Origin: Candidatus Latescibacterota bacterium
GTDB lineage: Bacteria > Latescibacterota > UBA2968 > GCA-2709665
NCBI GenBank assembly: GCA_965222075.1
Contig: OZ244937.1
Location: 1,824,001-1,888,000 of the forward strand
Direction of reading: 5' to 3'
Length of the DNA: 64,000 bases
Part shown: positions 22,166-32,077 of the stretch, one piece after another
Numbering within the stretch: the stretch's first letter is position 1
Layout: each line of letters begins with the position of its first letter
Program-made: the position numbers and the translations under genes
The notes under the pieces: generated by a model
What the model saw: only the letters and a program-made list of their open reading frames with translations
The model's database searches: none
Told to the model about the DNA's origin: nothing

Positions 22166-22582
22166 ATGATTGATTACGACAAGTTTCAGATGTCGCTCAA
22201 ACGCCTGGAAGAGCAGCACGAGAATTACCAGCAACTCGACGCCTCGCTACCGGAATTGACCCAGGAAGCCATCGCCGAGTCGGTCATCCAGCGTTTCGAG
22301 ACCTGCTATGACTGCCTGTGGAAGGTATTGAAACGATACCTGACTGAAGAACTGGGCATCCCTGACACGCCCAACAGTCCCAAGCCCATCTTCAGACTGG
22401 CCCACGAGAACCATCTGTTCGACTCGTCGCTGGAGCAATGGCTCGGCTATGCGGATCGGCGCATCGATACCACCCACGACTACAGCGGTGAGAAGGCGAA
22501 AGCCTGTCTGGACATCATGGGCGCGTTCATCGACGACGCCATAGGCCTCTACCAGACTATGAGCGGGGAAACATGGGAATAA
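22166..22582 (+). CDS. Nucleotidyltransferase substrate-binding protein (HI0074-type HEPN)
   Basis: SVIQRFETCYDCLWKVLKRYL, SPKPIFR, RIDTTHDY. Confidence 0.88.
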   Translation: MIDYDKFQMSLKRLEEQHENYQQLDASLPELTQEAIAESVIQRFETCYDCLWKVLKRYLTEELGIPDTPNSPKPIFRLAHENHLFDSSLEQWLGYADRRIDTTHDYSGEKAKACLDIMGAFIDDAIGLYQTMSGETWE

Positions 22583-24381
22583 ACCAGGACATTGACATCA
22601 CCGCAGAGCAGCGCAAAACCGTTCTGGCGTTGCTCCAAAGGCATCTGCCGAACACCACCGCCTGGGTCTATGGCTCCCGCGCCCAATGGACCTCGCGGCC
22701 GCAATCCGATCTCGACATGGTGGTATTCGCAACGCCGGAGCAAAACAGCCGGGTTTCCGATCTCAGGGAATCATTCGAGGAAAGCAACCTGCCGTTTCGA
22801 GTGGATTTGTTTATCTGGGATGAAGTGCCCGAGCAGTTCCGAAATCAGATTGAAGCCGAGCATGCGGTGTTGGCGGAGAGAGAAGAACAATCGCGGCTAA
22901 CTTTAAACCTAGCTACCGCAGACGAGGCCGCTCCCTTGCGAGAAATTCTCGCCTACACACGCGATGGTGAGTGGGGAGCGGGAGATATAAACGCCAACCT
23001 CATTCCTATGCGAGTTATCCGAGGCACGGATTTTGAAGCTGTAAGTCGCGGGAGTTTGGCGAATGTTCCAACTCGATACATTCGTCCTGACGTGTCTGCA
23101 AGAAAGACTCTGAAGCCTTGGGACATACTTATCGAGACGGCAGGGGGATCTAAAAATCGTCCGACAGGTCGCACATTGTTGGTTCACCCACGAATTTTGG
23201 AACGCTCGGAGATCCCTGTCACTTGTGCGAGCTTTGCCCGTTTCCTCCGTATCCATTGTGATCGGGCGAACCCAGCATACATTTATTGGTTTCTTCAACA
23301 CCTATATTCCATCGGTGAAATGGAAAAGCATCAAGTTCAACATACAGGTGTTGCTCGATTTCAATTTACAGATTTTGCCGCGAATATCGAAGTTCCGCTT
23401 CCTCCCCTCCCCGAACAACGTGCCATCGCCCACATCCTGGGCACGCTGGACGACAAGATCGAGCTGAACCGGCGCATGAACGAGACGCTGGAGGAGATGG
23501 CCCGGGCGCTGTTCAAGTCGTGGTTCGTCGATTTCCTGCCTGTGCGTGCGAAACAACGTGCACGCACGCCTGCCTGCGTCCGCAGGACAGGCAGGCAGAC
23601 AGGTGATCCCGTCCGCGCCAAAGCGGCCCTCATTACTCCCCCTCCGGGGGGGAGTGATTGGACCGTCGAACGGGCCCGCGCCTACCTGCCTGCCGCGCGG
23701 GGCTTGGCGCAGGCAGGTCTGGCCGGCATGGACGCCAGCATCGCCGACCTCTTTCCCGACCGGCTCGTGGACTCGGAGCTGGGGCCGATACCTGAGGGGT
23801 GGGAGGTTGGCGTTCTGGATGATGCTATAGAACTCCTCAGCGGCGGAACCCCTCGCACATCGGTAGCCAGCTACTGGGGTGGAGACATTCCCTGGTATAC
23901 CGCGAAAGACGCTCCCTCCCTGAGCGACGTTTTTGTTTTGGACACTGAAAGGACCATTACACAAGCAGGAGTTGAGAACAGTGCTACCAATATCCTTCCC
24001 TTCGGAACAACCATCATCACTGCCAGAGGTACGGTAGGCAGGCTGGCCTGTCTTGGAGTGCCGATGGCCATGAATCAGACCTGTTACGGTATCCGAGGTG
24101 CCCGAGGCTACCCGAACTTCTTCACATACTGGAACGTCAGGAGGACGGTAGATGAGCTGCAGAGCCGAACCCATGGCACTATCTTCGACACGATAACACG
24201 CCAGACTTTCAAACTTGTCGAGACAGCATTGCCGCCTGCGGAACTGGCGGAGGCGTTTGAGTTGACAGTAACCCCTGTGATGGGACGCATTCTCTGCAAC
24301 CTGCTGGAGTCTCGCACCCTCGCCACCCTGCGGGATGCGCTGCTGCCGAAGTTGGTGTCTGGCGAAGTACGGATTAGATGA
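22573..24381 (+). CDS. hsdS: Type I R-M specificity subunit with an N-terminal MNT nucleotidyltransferase fusion
   Basis: N-terminal VYGSRAQWTSRPQSDLD...FRVDL; HsdS repeats LPPLPEQRAIAHILGTLDDKIELNRRMNETLEEMARALFKSWF, ELGPIPEGW, LRDALLPKLVSGE. Confidence 0.93.
   Translation: MGINQDIDITAEQRKTVLALLQRHLPNTTAWVYGSRAQWTSRPQSDLDMVVFATPEQNSRVSDLRESFEESNLPFRVDLFIWDEVPEQFRNQIEAEHAVLAEREEQSRLTLNLATADEAAPLREILAYTRDGEWGAGDINANLIPMRVIRGTDFEAVSRGSLANVPTRYIRPDVSARKTLKPWDILIETAGGSKNRPTGRTLLVHPRILERSEIPVTCASFARFLRIHCDRANPAYIYWFLQHLYSIGEMEKHQVQHTGVARFQFTDFAANIEVPLPPLPEQRAIAHILGTLDDKIELNRRMNETLEEMARALFKSWFVDFLPVRAKQRARTPACVRRTGRQTGDPVRAKAALITPPPGGSDWTVERARAYLPAARGLAQAGLAGMDASIADLFPDRLVDSELGPIPEGWEVGVLDDAIELLSGGTPRTSVASYWGGDIPWYTAKDAPSLSDVFVLDTERTITQAGVENSATNILPFGTTIITARGTVGRLACLGVPMAMNQTCYGIRGARGYPNFFTYWNVRRTVDELQSRTHGTIFDTITRQTFKLVETALPPAELAEAFELTVTPVMGRILCNLLESRTLATLRDALLPKLVSGEVRIR
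23535..23603 (+). repeat. Nested palindromic mini-elements in hsdS (42 bp outer, 27 bp inner at 23569-23595)
   Basis: Removal restores the conserved WFVDFDPVRAK; both lengths are multiples of 3. Confidence 0.9.
23685..23717 (+). repeat. 33 bp palindromic mini-element in frame in hsdS
   Basis: cctgcctgccgcgcggggcttggcgcaggcagg; removal gives RARAYLAGMD. Confidence 0.85.
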
Positions 24382-24583
24382 TCCAAGGAATTCATGGAAA
24401 AGGTCCGCCAATTGAACGTGGCCGGAAACTCTTACTTGAAGTGTTATGGCACTCTATTGAGCCGAGCTATTGTCTGATCGAACGTGTCGTATCAATCGGT
24501 CTTTACGGAATTTAGGACGATCCGGCGAAACCATTAGGACACGCCGCTCAATTTCATCCTCAACGCTCGAATATACCTACGAC

Positions 24584-26857
24584 ATGAAACGAAGACGCAA
24601 ACCGAAACGAAAACGCAAGACGAAAAACAGGAGGCCAACTGAGGACGGTTTTGGAATCTGGCAATACTCACATTCTCCTGTCGAGCGAAATGAGATGAAG
24701 GCGAATGTTCTTTCAAGGGCTCGCGAATGCGACGAGAAGTTTCCTGAACTTGTGAATTCACTGGTTGGCCATTTTCGGGACCGAAGGCCGCCACAGATTA
24801 TTACGATTCTCGCGAACTATGGATTACAGCACATGGTCACCGACGCAGGCGTTTCGGAACAGAGCTTGGTCGGTATACAACAGCATCATGTCGAGTTGCT
24901 GCAGGCGTTAGCACTTACATTGTCTCAGGATGAATGGGGCCGTAACCCAGTAACACCTGATATCGTTCAAGCCGTTATCGACGAAATAGTCGAATTAGCG
25001 GATGTATTCCAAATTATGCGTTTGTCCACATTGGAACACGAACGCGATGAACAACAACATGCCGTTCTGACTCTTCAGGAGCGCCTAAGAGCGTATACAC
25101 AATGTGTTCGAAATTGGGGCTATCGCTCTGCCATGGTTGAGGTTTCGACCGAGCTATACAGTCCTCTCGACTCGAGATTGCACGCGTACTACGGGTTCAG
25201 CGCAACGGATTTGATTGAGGTAGTTAATGCAATTATACGTGTCTTGGAGGAACGCGCCACGAAGCGGTGGAAAACCATGGGCGGGATATTCCGTTCCCGC
25301 AATGTTCGTCAACTCGTCCACAGATACTTCGCCCAATTTCCCGGCGTTGAAGACGACCCAGAAGAGTTTCTTTGTGCATTACCGGAAGGTGTTAGCCGTA
25401 ACGAAGTCAGGTCTTGTTTAATGGCACTTGCCAATACGAAACTTTTTCAATTGTTCCTTTTCGATTGCGACTGTATCGCGGAAGTTTCAGGCCGATCAAT
25501 CGATGTTGTCAGGCGAGTTCTCGAACATATCTCAATGCGCCCCGGTGATCTCGCTCAGGATAAAGTTCACGAATTTTTCCTCGACAACCCAATTTGGATG
25601 ATGCCTGGAATAATCATCGAAGGGAAGTGCTTGTTCCCAATGCCGCAGGTTGTATTCAGCCACATTCACGGCCTTATGCGCGCGCTGGCTAAGGAAGCAG
25701 GTCTTGACGAGAAGCTCCATAAGCGGCGCGCGACGTTTCTCGAGAACAAAGTTAAGCAGACGATTCAGCGCGTTCTTCCCACCGCCACTTTGACCCTTAA
25801 TGCAAAATGGAATTATAATGGGACCAGATTCGAAACGGACTTGCTCGGCCAGATTGATCACGTCGTATTAATAATAGAAGCGAAATCGGGAGCACTCACC
25901 GTTCAAGGTCTTCGAGGAGTTCCAGAACGTGTCAAGCGTCATGTCCACGACCTTGTTGTGGGGCCAGCGGAGCAGTCTTCACGGCTAGAGCAGTTAATCT
26001 GGCAGGCGAAAGCAGGTGAAACCGCCGCGGTAGCAACCATTTCATCATTGGGCTTAGAGCCGAACAACGTGGACACCGTCGTGAGAATCTCCGTCACACT
26101 TGACGATTTCTCTATGATGTCGATTGCTGAACGAGAGCTAAAAGCAGCGGGATGGGTTCCGCCTGCGCTCCCCCTAGCTCCGACACTGAACGTTACAGAT
26201 CTAGCGTGCGTCGCCGAAATTCTCAACGATCCAGCATACTTTCTGCACTATTTCGCCGAACGTGAACGCAGCCAAAAGGTAATCGAACTAATCGGCGATG
26301 AGATGGACTTGCTCGGCCTGTATTTGGAGACTGGTTTCAATTTCGCCGAAAAGGAACTCGCAGCTAACCCGCTCATTACCACTGGATTGTCGCAACCTGT
26401 GGATCATTATTACAACAGCGCTGATGCGGGCGTAGTTGTCCAAAAACCACGGCCGAAGATTCATCGTGCATTAGAAAAAATCGTCCTCCATATCCAGAAT
26501 AAATCCATTGAGGGTTGGACGACTATTGCGCTCGATCTTCTGCGCATTGGCAATCTTGATGAGCAAAGGATGCTTTTTCGAAAGATCGAGAAACTACGTA
26601 AACGAGTACCCAAGACGTACCGTGACCCTAAACACATTTGTTCGGTAGTTGTAGTTCCTCCTGCACACCGCGAGGCGTTTGCAATATTCTACGTATACCC
26701 AGATGCGATAGCCGACAGGCGTTACGAAGTGGTCGAGGAGTTGGCCGGCGGACAATTCGCTGTTGAGGGTCGTTCTCGTTGCATCGTTGTAGGCAAAAAG
26801 ATCGAAGCCTGGAACCAACCATACCAGTTTGTGGCCACTTATAGCAAACCTGTATAA
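24584..26857 (+). CDS. Large hypothetical protein with a NERD/PD-(D/E)XK-like nuclease motif (start uncertain)
   Basis: Long low-GC ORF; FLE...ETDLLGQIDHVVLIIEAKS. Confidence 0.7.
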   Translation: MKRRRKPKRKRKTKNRRPTEDGFGIWQYSHSPVERNEMKANVLSRARECDEKFPELVNSLVGHFRDRRPPQIITILANYGLQHMVTDAGVSEQSLVGIQQHHVELLQALALTLSQDEWGRNPVTPDIVQAVIDEIVELADVFQIMRLSTLEHERDEQQHAVLTLQERLRAYTQCVRNWGYRSAMVEVSTELYSPLDSRLHAYYGFSATDLIEVVNAIIRVLEERATKRWKTMGGIFRSRNVRQLVHRYFAQFPGVEDDPEEFLCALPEGVSRNEVRSCLMALANTKLFQLFLFDCDCIAEVSGRSIDVVRRVLEHISMRPGDLAQDKVHEFFLDNPIWMMPGIIIEGKCLFPMPQVVFSHIHGLMRALAKEAGLDEKLHKRRATFLENKVKQTIQRVLPTATLTLNAKWNYNGTRFETDLLGQIDHVVLIIEAKSGALTVQGLRGVPERVKRHVHDLVVGPAEQSSRLEQLIWQAKAGETAAVATISSLGLEPNNVDTVVRISVTLDDFSMMSIAERELKAAGWVPPALPLAPTLNVTDLACVAEILNDPAYFLHYFAERERSQKVIELIGDEMDLLGLYLETGFNFAEKELAANPLITTGLSQPVDHYYNSADAGVVVQKPRPKIHRALEKIVLHIQNKSIEGWTTIALDLLRIGNLDEQRMLFRKIEKLRKRVPKTYRDPKHICSVVVVPPAHREAFAIFYVYPDAIADRRYEVVEELAGGQFAVEGRSRCIVVGKKIEAWNQPYQFVATYSKPV

Positions 26858-27053
26858 TGCACGAAGGGTGGTAGTTGTAAAGGAAAACATCAATCACATT
26901 CCGGAGTTAGAGGGGCATGCTATCGCGCCGCTTGGAGGAGAGACGACATCTGATGGCGATAGCACTTGGTGCAGGGTATGGGCGGATAAACTCGTGCACG
27001 AAATTGAACAACATTCCGGAAGACCTCCCCAGTTCAAACTTGGAGGACACACA

Positions 27054-28019
27054 ATGAACGTCTGGGTTGTCAGAGCGGATTTTGGAAGGTACACGGACAA
27101 TTTTATAAATGGTGGATACATCGCGATCGGATGGATATGGGAGCGTGATCTCACGGCGATCAGCAGCCGTGAAGAGTTGTATCCGATTTACCGACAGACG
27201 CATCCAGACGATAAGAGCAATATCGTCGTTGGGCAGCAGGTGGGGCAGATTGCACGATTTCTTCTTGAAATCAAAGCTGGGGACTATGTAATAACGCCGC
27301 CCACAGACACTGAATGGCTACATTATGGTAAGGTTGCAGCGGACCCGTATTATTTCTCGAACGAGAACGACGGTTGCCCATATCCTCATCGGCGGAAAAT
27401 CGAGTGGGCTCAGAGACGACTCAAGCGATCGGAATTCTCGATTCCATTTCAAAACACGATTCGCTCTTCGTTGACCGTTTTTTACGTATCACGGGGACAA
27501 GAGCTTCTCAGTACAATTGGAGTGCATCGGGTCGGATCCGAATCGAAACCTGAGACGAACGACCCCCATCAAGTAGTCCTCAACCAGATTCTCGAACTCG
27601 ACTCCGGTGAATTTGAGATCCTGGTCGGACATCTGCTGACGGCCCTCGGATTTGAAGGCTCCAGGGTCATTGGAAAGCCAGGCGACGGCGGTGTAGATGT
27701 AATCGGAGAGTTGAACGCATCGAACCTGGCGAAAATCAAGGTTTTCGTCCAGGCTAAGCGTTATGAACTGCAAGCCAAAGTAAAAGCATCGACTGTAAAG
27801 CAACTCCGCCAAGCGATACCCTTTGGTGGACAAGGGGCATTCATCACAACTGCGAACTATCAGACTAAAGCGACGGAAGTGGCAGTTGAGGACGGCTTTC
27901 CGCGTATCGGCCTGATCAATGGCCATCAACTGGTCGACCTTCTAGTTGAGCATTGGAGTTCTATTCCTGCGGAGTTCCGCGACAGTCTGGGACTCAAACC
28001 AGGGTTGGTTCGTATATGA
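27054..28019 (+). CDS. Mrr-like (type IV) restriction endonuclease
   Basis: N-terminal MNVWVVRA; C-terminal FEILVGHLLTALGF...DGGVDV...VQAKRY...LINGHQLVDL. Confidence 0.88.
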   Translation: MNVWVVRADFGRYTDNFINGGYIAIGWIWERDLTAISSREELYPIYRQTHPDDKSNIVVGQQVGQIARFLLEIKAGDYVITPPTDTEWLHYGKVAADPYYFSNENDGCPYPHRRKIEWAQRRLKRSEFSIPFQNTIRSSLTVFYVSRGQELLSTIGVHRVGSESKPETNDPHQVVLNQILELDSGEFEILVGHLLTALGFEGSRVIGKPGDGGVDVIGELNASNLAKIKVFVQAKRYELQAKVKASTVKQLRQAIPFGGQGAFITTANYQTKATEVAVEDGFPRIGLINGHQLVDLLVEHWSSIPAEFRDSLGLKPGLVRI

Positions 28020-28157
28020 GGAACATCCCCGATTCTTTCGTTGGGGATCGTTTGATAAGGGATACTAATCACAACCATTTTTCAGAAACCCAAGGCCCAT
28101 CCCCTTCCACCACCTTGGTAGACACAGATCGCAAAACGCTCCTTCGCAGGAACCCCT

Positions 28158-28232
28158 ATGCTCACCATCGCTGAAGCCGATGTTGAGCAGGCCGCCCTCA
28201 CCTGGTGCCTGCCTGCGCGGAGCGCGCTGGGA
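28158..28232 (+). pseudogene. Dead hsdR start fragment (scar A) broken at half of a CCTGCCTG element
   Basis: ggaacccctATG CTC ACC ATC GCT GAA GCC GAT GTT GAG CAG GCC GCC CTC ACC TGG versus true hsdR ggaacccctATG ACC ACC ATC ACC GAA GCC GAC GTT GAA. Confidence 0.85.
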
Positions 28233-28263
28233 TGTGGAAAACAAACCATGTAGGAGCGTGCTA

Positions 28264-29142
28264 ATGAGTGAGCCATTGGGATTTTCGGTGAGAATCTTCG
28301 TCCCTTCGGGCGAGCCGGAAGGCCCGCGTGTGATTGAGAAATCGAATTGGACTGGACAGGGTCTTGTTTTTCCCCGTCCGCTCTTCGCCGAAGTTCGCAG
28401 CCGGGAGGAACTCAACCGCACCGGCGTGTATGTTCTCTGGGGACCCGGCAGATCAGAGCAACTGCCGCGCGCCTATGTGGGCGAGGGCGATGTTTTGCTG
28501 CCGCGGTTGGACAGCCACGCGAAGAAAAAGGACTTCTGGACCCATGGAATTGTCTTCACCAGCAAGGACCAGAGTCTGAACAAGGCACACGTCCAGCATC
28601 TCGAAGCGCGGCTGGTGGGACTTGCGGCCGAGGCAAAGCGCTGCGAGCTGGACAATGCGAACAACCCGCAGATGCCATCGCTATCGGATGCAGATAAGGC
28701 GGATGCGGAGCTGTATCTGGCCGACATGTTGCTATGCCTGCCGGTTGTAGGCGTAAGTTTCTTCGAAAAGCCGCGGGAGCCAGCGGGAAAGAGTCAAGAC
28801 CTGTTCCTGAACGCCAAAGGCATACAGGCACGTGGTTATGAAGGAACGGGCGATTTCGTCGTACGCACCGATTCGGAAGCGGTCAAAAACGAGGTTGCTT
28901 CGATCTCCCCCTCTATCTCCGATCTGCGGAAGGCGCTGATAAAACAGGGTGTTCTTGAAGATACGGGCACCGCGTACCGGTTCGTTCAGGACTACCCCTT
29001 CAGTTCACCCTCCAACGCAGCCAGCGTCCTATTGGGTATGAAAAGCAATGGGCGCATCGAATGGAAGGATGCCGAGGGAAGATCGTTAAAGGAAATCCAG
29101 GACGCAGCAGTGGAGGGTACCGATGAACCGGCCGTCGAGTAA
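28264..29142 (+). CDS. GIY-YIG nuclease family protein with DUF4357 domain
   Basis: GVYVLWG...YVGEGD, HVQHLEARL, FSSPSNAA...NGRIEWK. Confidence 0.88.
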   Translation: MSEPLGFSVRIFVPSGEPEGPRVIEKSNWTGQGLVFPRPLFAEVRSREELNRTGVYVLWGPGRSEQLPRAYVGEGDVLLPRLDSHAKKKDFWTHGIVFTSKDQSLNKAHVQHLEARLVGLAAEAKRCELDNANNPQMPSLSDADKADAELYLADMLLCLPVVGVSFFEKPREPAGKSQDLFLNAKGIQARGYEGTGDFVVRTDSEAVKNEVASISPSISDLRKALIKQGVLEDTGTAYRFVQDYPFSSPSNAASVLLGMKSNGRIEWKDAEGRSLKEIQDAAVEGTDEPAVE

Positions 29143-29548
29143 GCCGCTCTGGCATGACCGGATTGAACCTCGAAGCGCTCGCAATGAGCCAGGGCTACGT
29201 GCTGAAAGGTGCTTTGACGGCCACTTATGTCACGCAACGTCAATTGACGGTCAATATTAACGAAAAATGGCCAACAAAATGATTTGACGGCAATAGCCGA
29301 CTGACAACCACCACAGGTCGTCCAGGGCCGGCCGTGCCTGTTTGGCGAGGTGGTCGGCGCAGGGTGGGCGCCCAATCCACGCCCAACAGGGCAACCACAA
29401 GGGTTGCCCCTACGTTGGGCGGGCTTTCATCTCGGCGATAAAGTTGCAATTGGCCGCATTATAAACTTGCAATCAGACGATATGAGACCCCTTGATTCAG
29501 CGGTCTATTTGGTCTATATTGGACTACTACGAATCGATTGGAGGATAT

Positions 29549-29833
29549 ATGACCGCCCAACATGCCAGGCCCCACCGCGTCTGGACCGTCGCCGAGGCCA
29601 AGGCGCGCCTGTCTGAAATCCTGCGGCTTGCCGAAGAGGAGGGGCCGCAGCGTATCGGCGCGCGGAAGTCTTTCGTCGTCGTGCCCGAGCGCGTATGGCA
29701 GGCTCAATTGTCACCGCGCAAACCGCTCGGCCAGTGGTTGATCGACAACATGCCGCGCGGCGTGAATCTCGAGATCTCTGGGGATAGAACGTCCCGGCGG
29801 GAGATTCCGTTCGTTGCCGGAGAGACGGGGTGA
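29549..29833 (+). CDS. Phd/YefM-type antitoxin
   Basis: WTVAEAKARLSEIL...EGPQRI. Confidence 0.85.
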   Translation: MTAQHARPHRVWTVAEAKARLSEILRLAEEEGPQRIGARKSFVVVPERVWQAQLSPRKPLGQWLIDNMPRGVNLEISGDRTSRREIPFVAGETG

Positions 29834-30249
29834 GCGGCTTTCTCCTGGACACCAACGTGGTCTCGGAGCTGACCAGGAACGCGCCAGACTCGCAGGTCAT
29901 CGCATTCCTGGCTGAACAGCACGACTTATGGCTATCGGCGATGGTGCTGCATGAGTTGGAGTTCGGCTTGCAACTGTTGCCGCACGGACAACGGCGAGAC
30001 GTATTGCGAGCGGCGCTGTCAGGGTTCATCACGGACTACCAGGACCGTATCCTGCCTCTGGAAAGGATGGGGGCAGAGTGGGCCGCCCACTTTCGGGCGC
30101 AGGCGCATCGCTCCGGTCGCGTGCTGGACCTGGGGGATGCACTCATCGCCGGAACTGCCAAGGCCCATGATTTGTCGCTCGCAACGAGGGATGTCGCGGA
30201 TTTCAACGGTTTGGACGTTGACGTCACCAATCCCTGGGAGGCACCGTGA
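29830..30249 (+). CDS. vapC: VapC PIN-domain toxin
   Basis: FLLDTNVVSE, DALIAGTA, LATRD..DF, NPW. Confidence 0.92.
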   Translation: MSGFLLDTNVVSELTRNAPDSQVIAFLAEQHDLWLSAMVLHELEFGLQLLPHGQRRDVLRAALSGFITDYQDRILPLERMGAEWAAHFRAQAHRSGRVLDLGDALIAGTAKAHDLSLATRDVADFNGLDVDVTNPWEAP

Positions 30250-30306
30250 CCACCATCACCGAATCCGCTGTCAAGGACGCCTCTCTCGACTGGCTTGCGG
30301 AGCGCA
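30246..30306 (+). pseudogene. Dead hsdR start fragment (scar C)
   Basis: GTG start overlapping the vapC stop; encodes VTTITESAVKDASLDWLA. Confidence 0.85.
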
Positions 30307-30443
30307 GAAGGTGCCGCCGATTGGCGACATTTTATAGCTATGGTGAACCCGCTGTTTAGAAAAATGACAACAAACGCTCTTGAAAGCTTTATCCCTGCCG
30401 CCCTGCCGGTGCAAGATGCTAAGAGACTGACCGAGGCCATTGC

Positions 30444-30944
30444 ATGACCGATGCGCTGATGACAGATCCCGACCAGGAAGAAGCGCTGTCTCGCGTCTAT
30501 GCACACGCTGTGGCGGCGCGGGCCGGCTATGTCACGGCCAACTATGATCTGGACCGGGATGGCATCGATCTGCGGATTCAAGCGGGTGGGGCGATGCGTC
30601 CCGCGCTCGACTTGCAGTTGAAGGCGACGGTCAATCTGAGCGCGCCGGATGATGGGTACTTTCATTTCCCACTGAAGCGCAGGAATTACGACCTGCTGCG
30701 CATCGAAACACAGCCGCCGAGGTTGCTCGTGGTGCTCGACTTGCCCAGAGACAAGGAGCGGTGGGTGACGATCACCGAGGATGAGCTTGTGCTGAGGCGT
30801 CGGGCTTATTGGTTGAATCTAAAAGGTTTTGAGGAGACGGACAACCGATCATCCGTCACGGTCCGAATACCGAGGAGTAACCTGTTTGACGTCGAGAATC
30901 TGCATGCGCTGATGGAACAGTCAAGAGAAGGGAGAATCCAATGA
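30444..30944 (+). CDS. DUF4365-type PD-(D/E)XK protein
   Basis: DRDGIDL...LQLKAT, RRRAYWLNL. Confidence 0.85.
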   Translation: MTDALMTDPDQEEALSRVYAHAVAARAGYVTANYDLDRDGIDLRIQAGGAMRPALDLQLKATVNLSAPDDGYFHFPLKRRNYDLLRIETQPPRLLVVLDLPRDKERWVTITEDELVLRRRAYWLNLKGFEETDNRSSVTVRIPRSNLFDVENLHALMEQSREGRIQ

Positions 30945-32077
30945 GGGTCAGCATTCGGGACAAGGAGCCCTTGAGCGAGATTTCGCCTGCGGCCCTGTCG
31001 GCCTATGCTCGTGCTGAGGGCTGGAGAAGGACGGATAACTACGGCGATTCTTCAGACGTTTATGTATCGGACGGGTTGCCGGAGATCATCTTGCCGCGGA
31101 CCCAACGTTTGGGTGATTATGCCAACGTCGTATCGCAACTCATTGAAATCTTCGCCGATGTCGCCGGTACCGACGAACTTTCTCTCTACCGCGACCTGGT
31201 TACGGCCGACCGTGATGTCATTCGCGTGCGGGCCGCCGAAGGCGACGATGGCGCCGTATCAGTAAGCGATGGGATCGACCTTGTGTGCGGCGCGCGCGAT
31301 ATGATCCTGGCTACGGCCTGTTCGCTGCGTGATCCGCGACCGGTTTACCGCGCGGGCGCCAACAAGGAAGCCATGGGCTATGTAAACAACATCCGCATGG
31401 GGCAGACCGAGCAGGGCAGCTTCGTTGTTACGTTGTTAACCCCTGTTGTTTCGCCGCCGATGCAACAACCCCTCATTCCGAACTTGCCGCACAACGACGA
31501 CCCGATCGAGCGGAAGATGACAAAGCGTCTGGCCTCTGCTCTGCGAGCCACCCGCCAAGCGACCGAAAGAGTAGTCGGAGGAGACGCCGACGCTTTCTTG
31601 CAAGCCGTGGAAAACGGTGTAAGCGCCAATCTGTGCGAAGCGCTCGTGAGGTTGATCGAACCCTTTCCGACACTGGATGTCAGTCTGATCTGGGCACGCA
31701 CGCATCCGATGAATACGGCGCGGGAGGTCGTTCGCTTTGCCAAAGGCGACGCTCCGATCCTCCGTGAGGCCGCGAGGTTGTTCCGTAATCGCGAACCGCG
31801 ACCGGACGTCCGGTTTGTTGGCCTTGTGCACAGGCTGAAACGCGGCGAACGGGAGGTGGGGACAATCACTTTGCGAGCATATATTGACGAGCAAATGCAG
31901 TCAATTGTCGCCGTTTTGAGTCAGTCCGATTACGCGCGAGCCATCCAGGCTCATAAGGAGAAGGCGCCGGTTGTCGCAGAAGGCGACCTTGAGCGATATG
32001 GCCAGCGTTGGCGCTTGCTGAACCCGCGCATTGCGGGCGTCATTCCGCAACAGGATATGTCGGACGAGGGAGAATGA
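30941..32077 (+). CDS. Hypothetical protein coupled to the DUF4365 gene
   Basis: 378 aa ORF with ATGA overlaps on both sides; GQTEQGSF and GVSANLCEAL. Confidence 0.8.
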   Translation: MRVSIRDKEPLSEISPAALSAYARAEGWRRTDNYGDSSDVYVSDGLPEIILPRTQRLGDYANVVSQLIEIFADVAGTDELSLYRDLVTADRDVIRVRAAEGDDGAVSVSDGIDLVCGARDMILATACSLRDPRPVYRAGANKEAMGYVNNIRMGQTEQGSFVVTLLTPVVSPPMQQPLIPNLPHNDDPIERKMTKRLASALRATRQATERVVGGDADAFLQAVENGVSANLCEALVRLIEPFPTLDVSLIWARTHPMNTAREVVRFAKGDAPILREAARLFRNREPRPDVRFVGLVHRLKRGEREVGTITLRAYIDEQMQSIVAVLSQSDYARAIQAHKEKAPVVAEGDLERYGQRWRLLNPRIAGVIPQQDMSDEGE

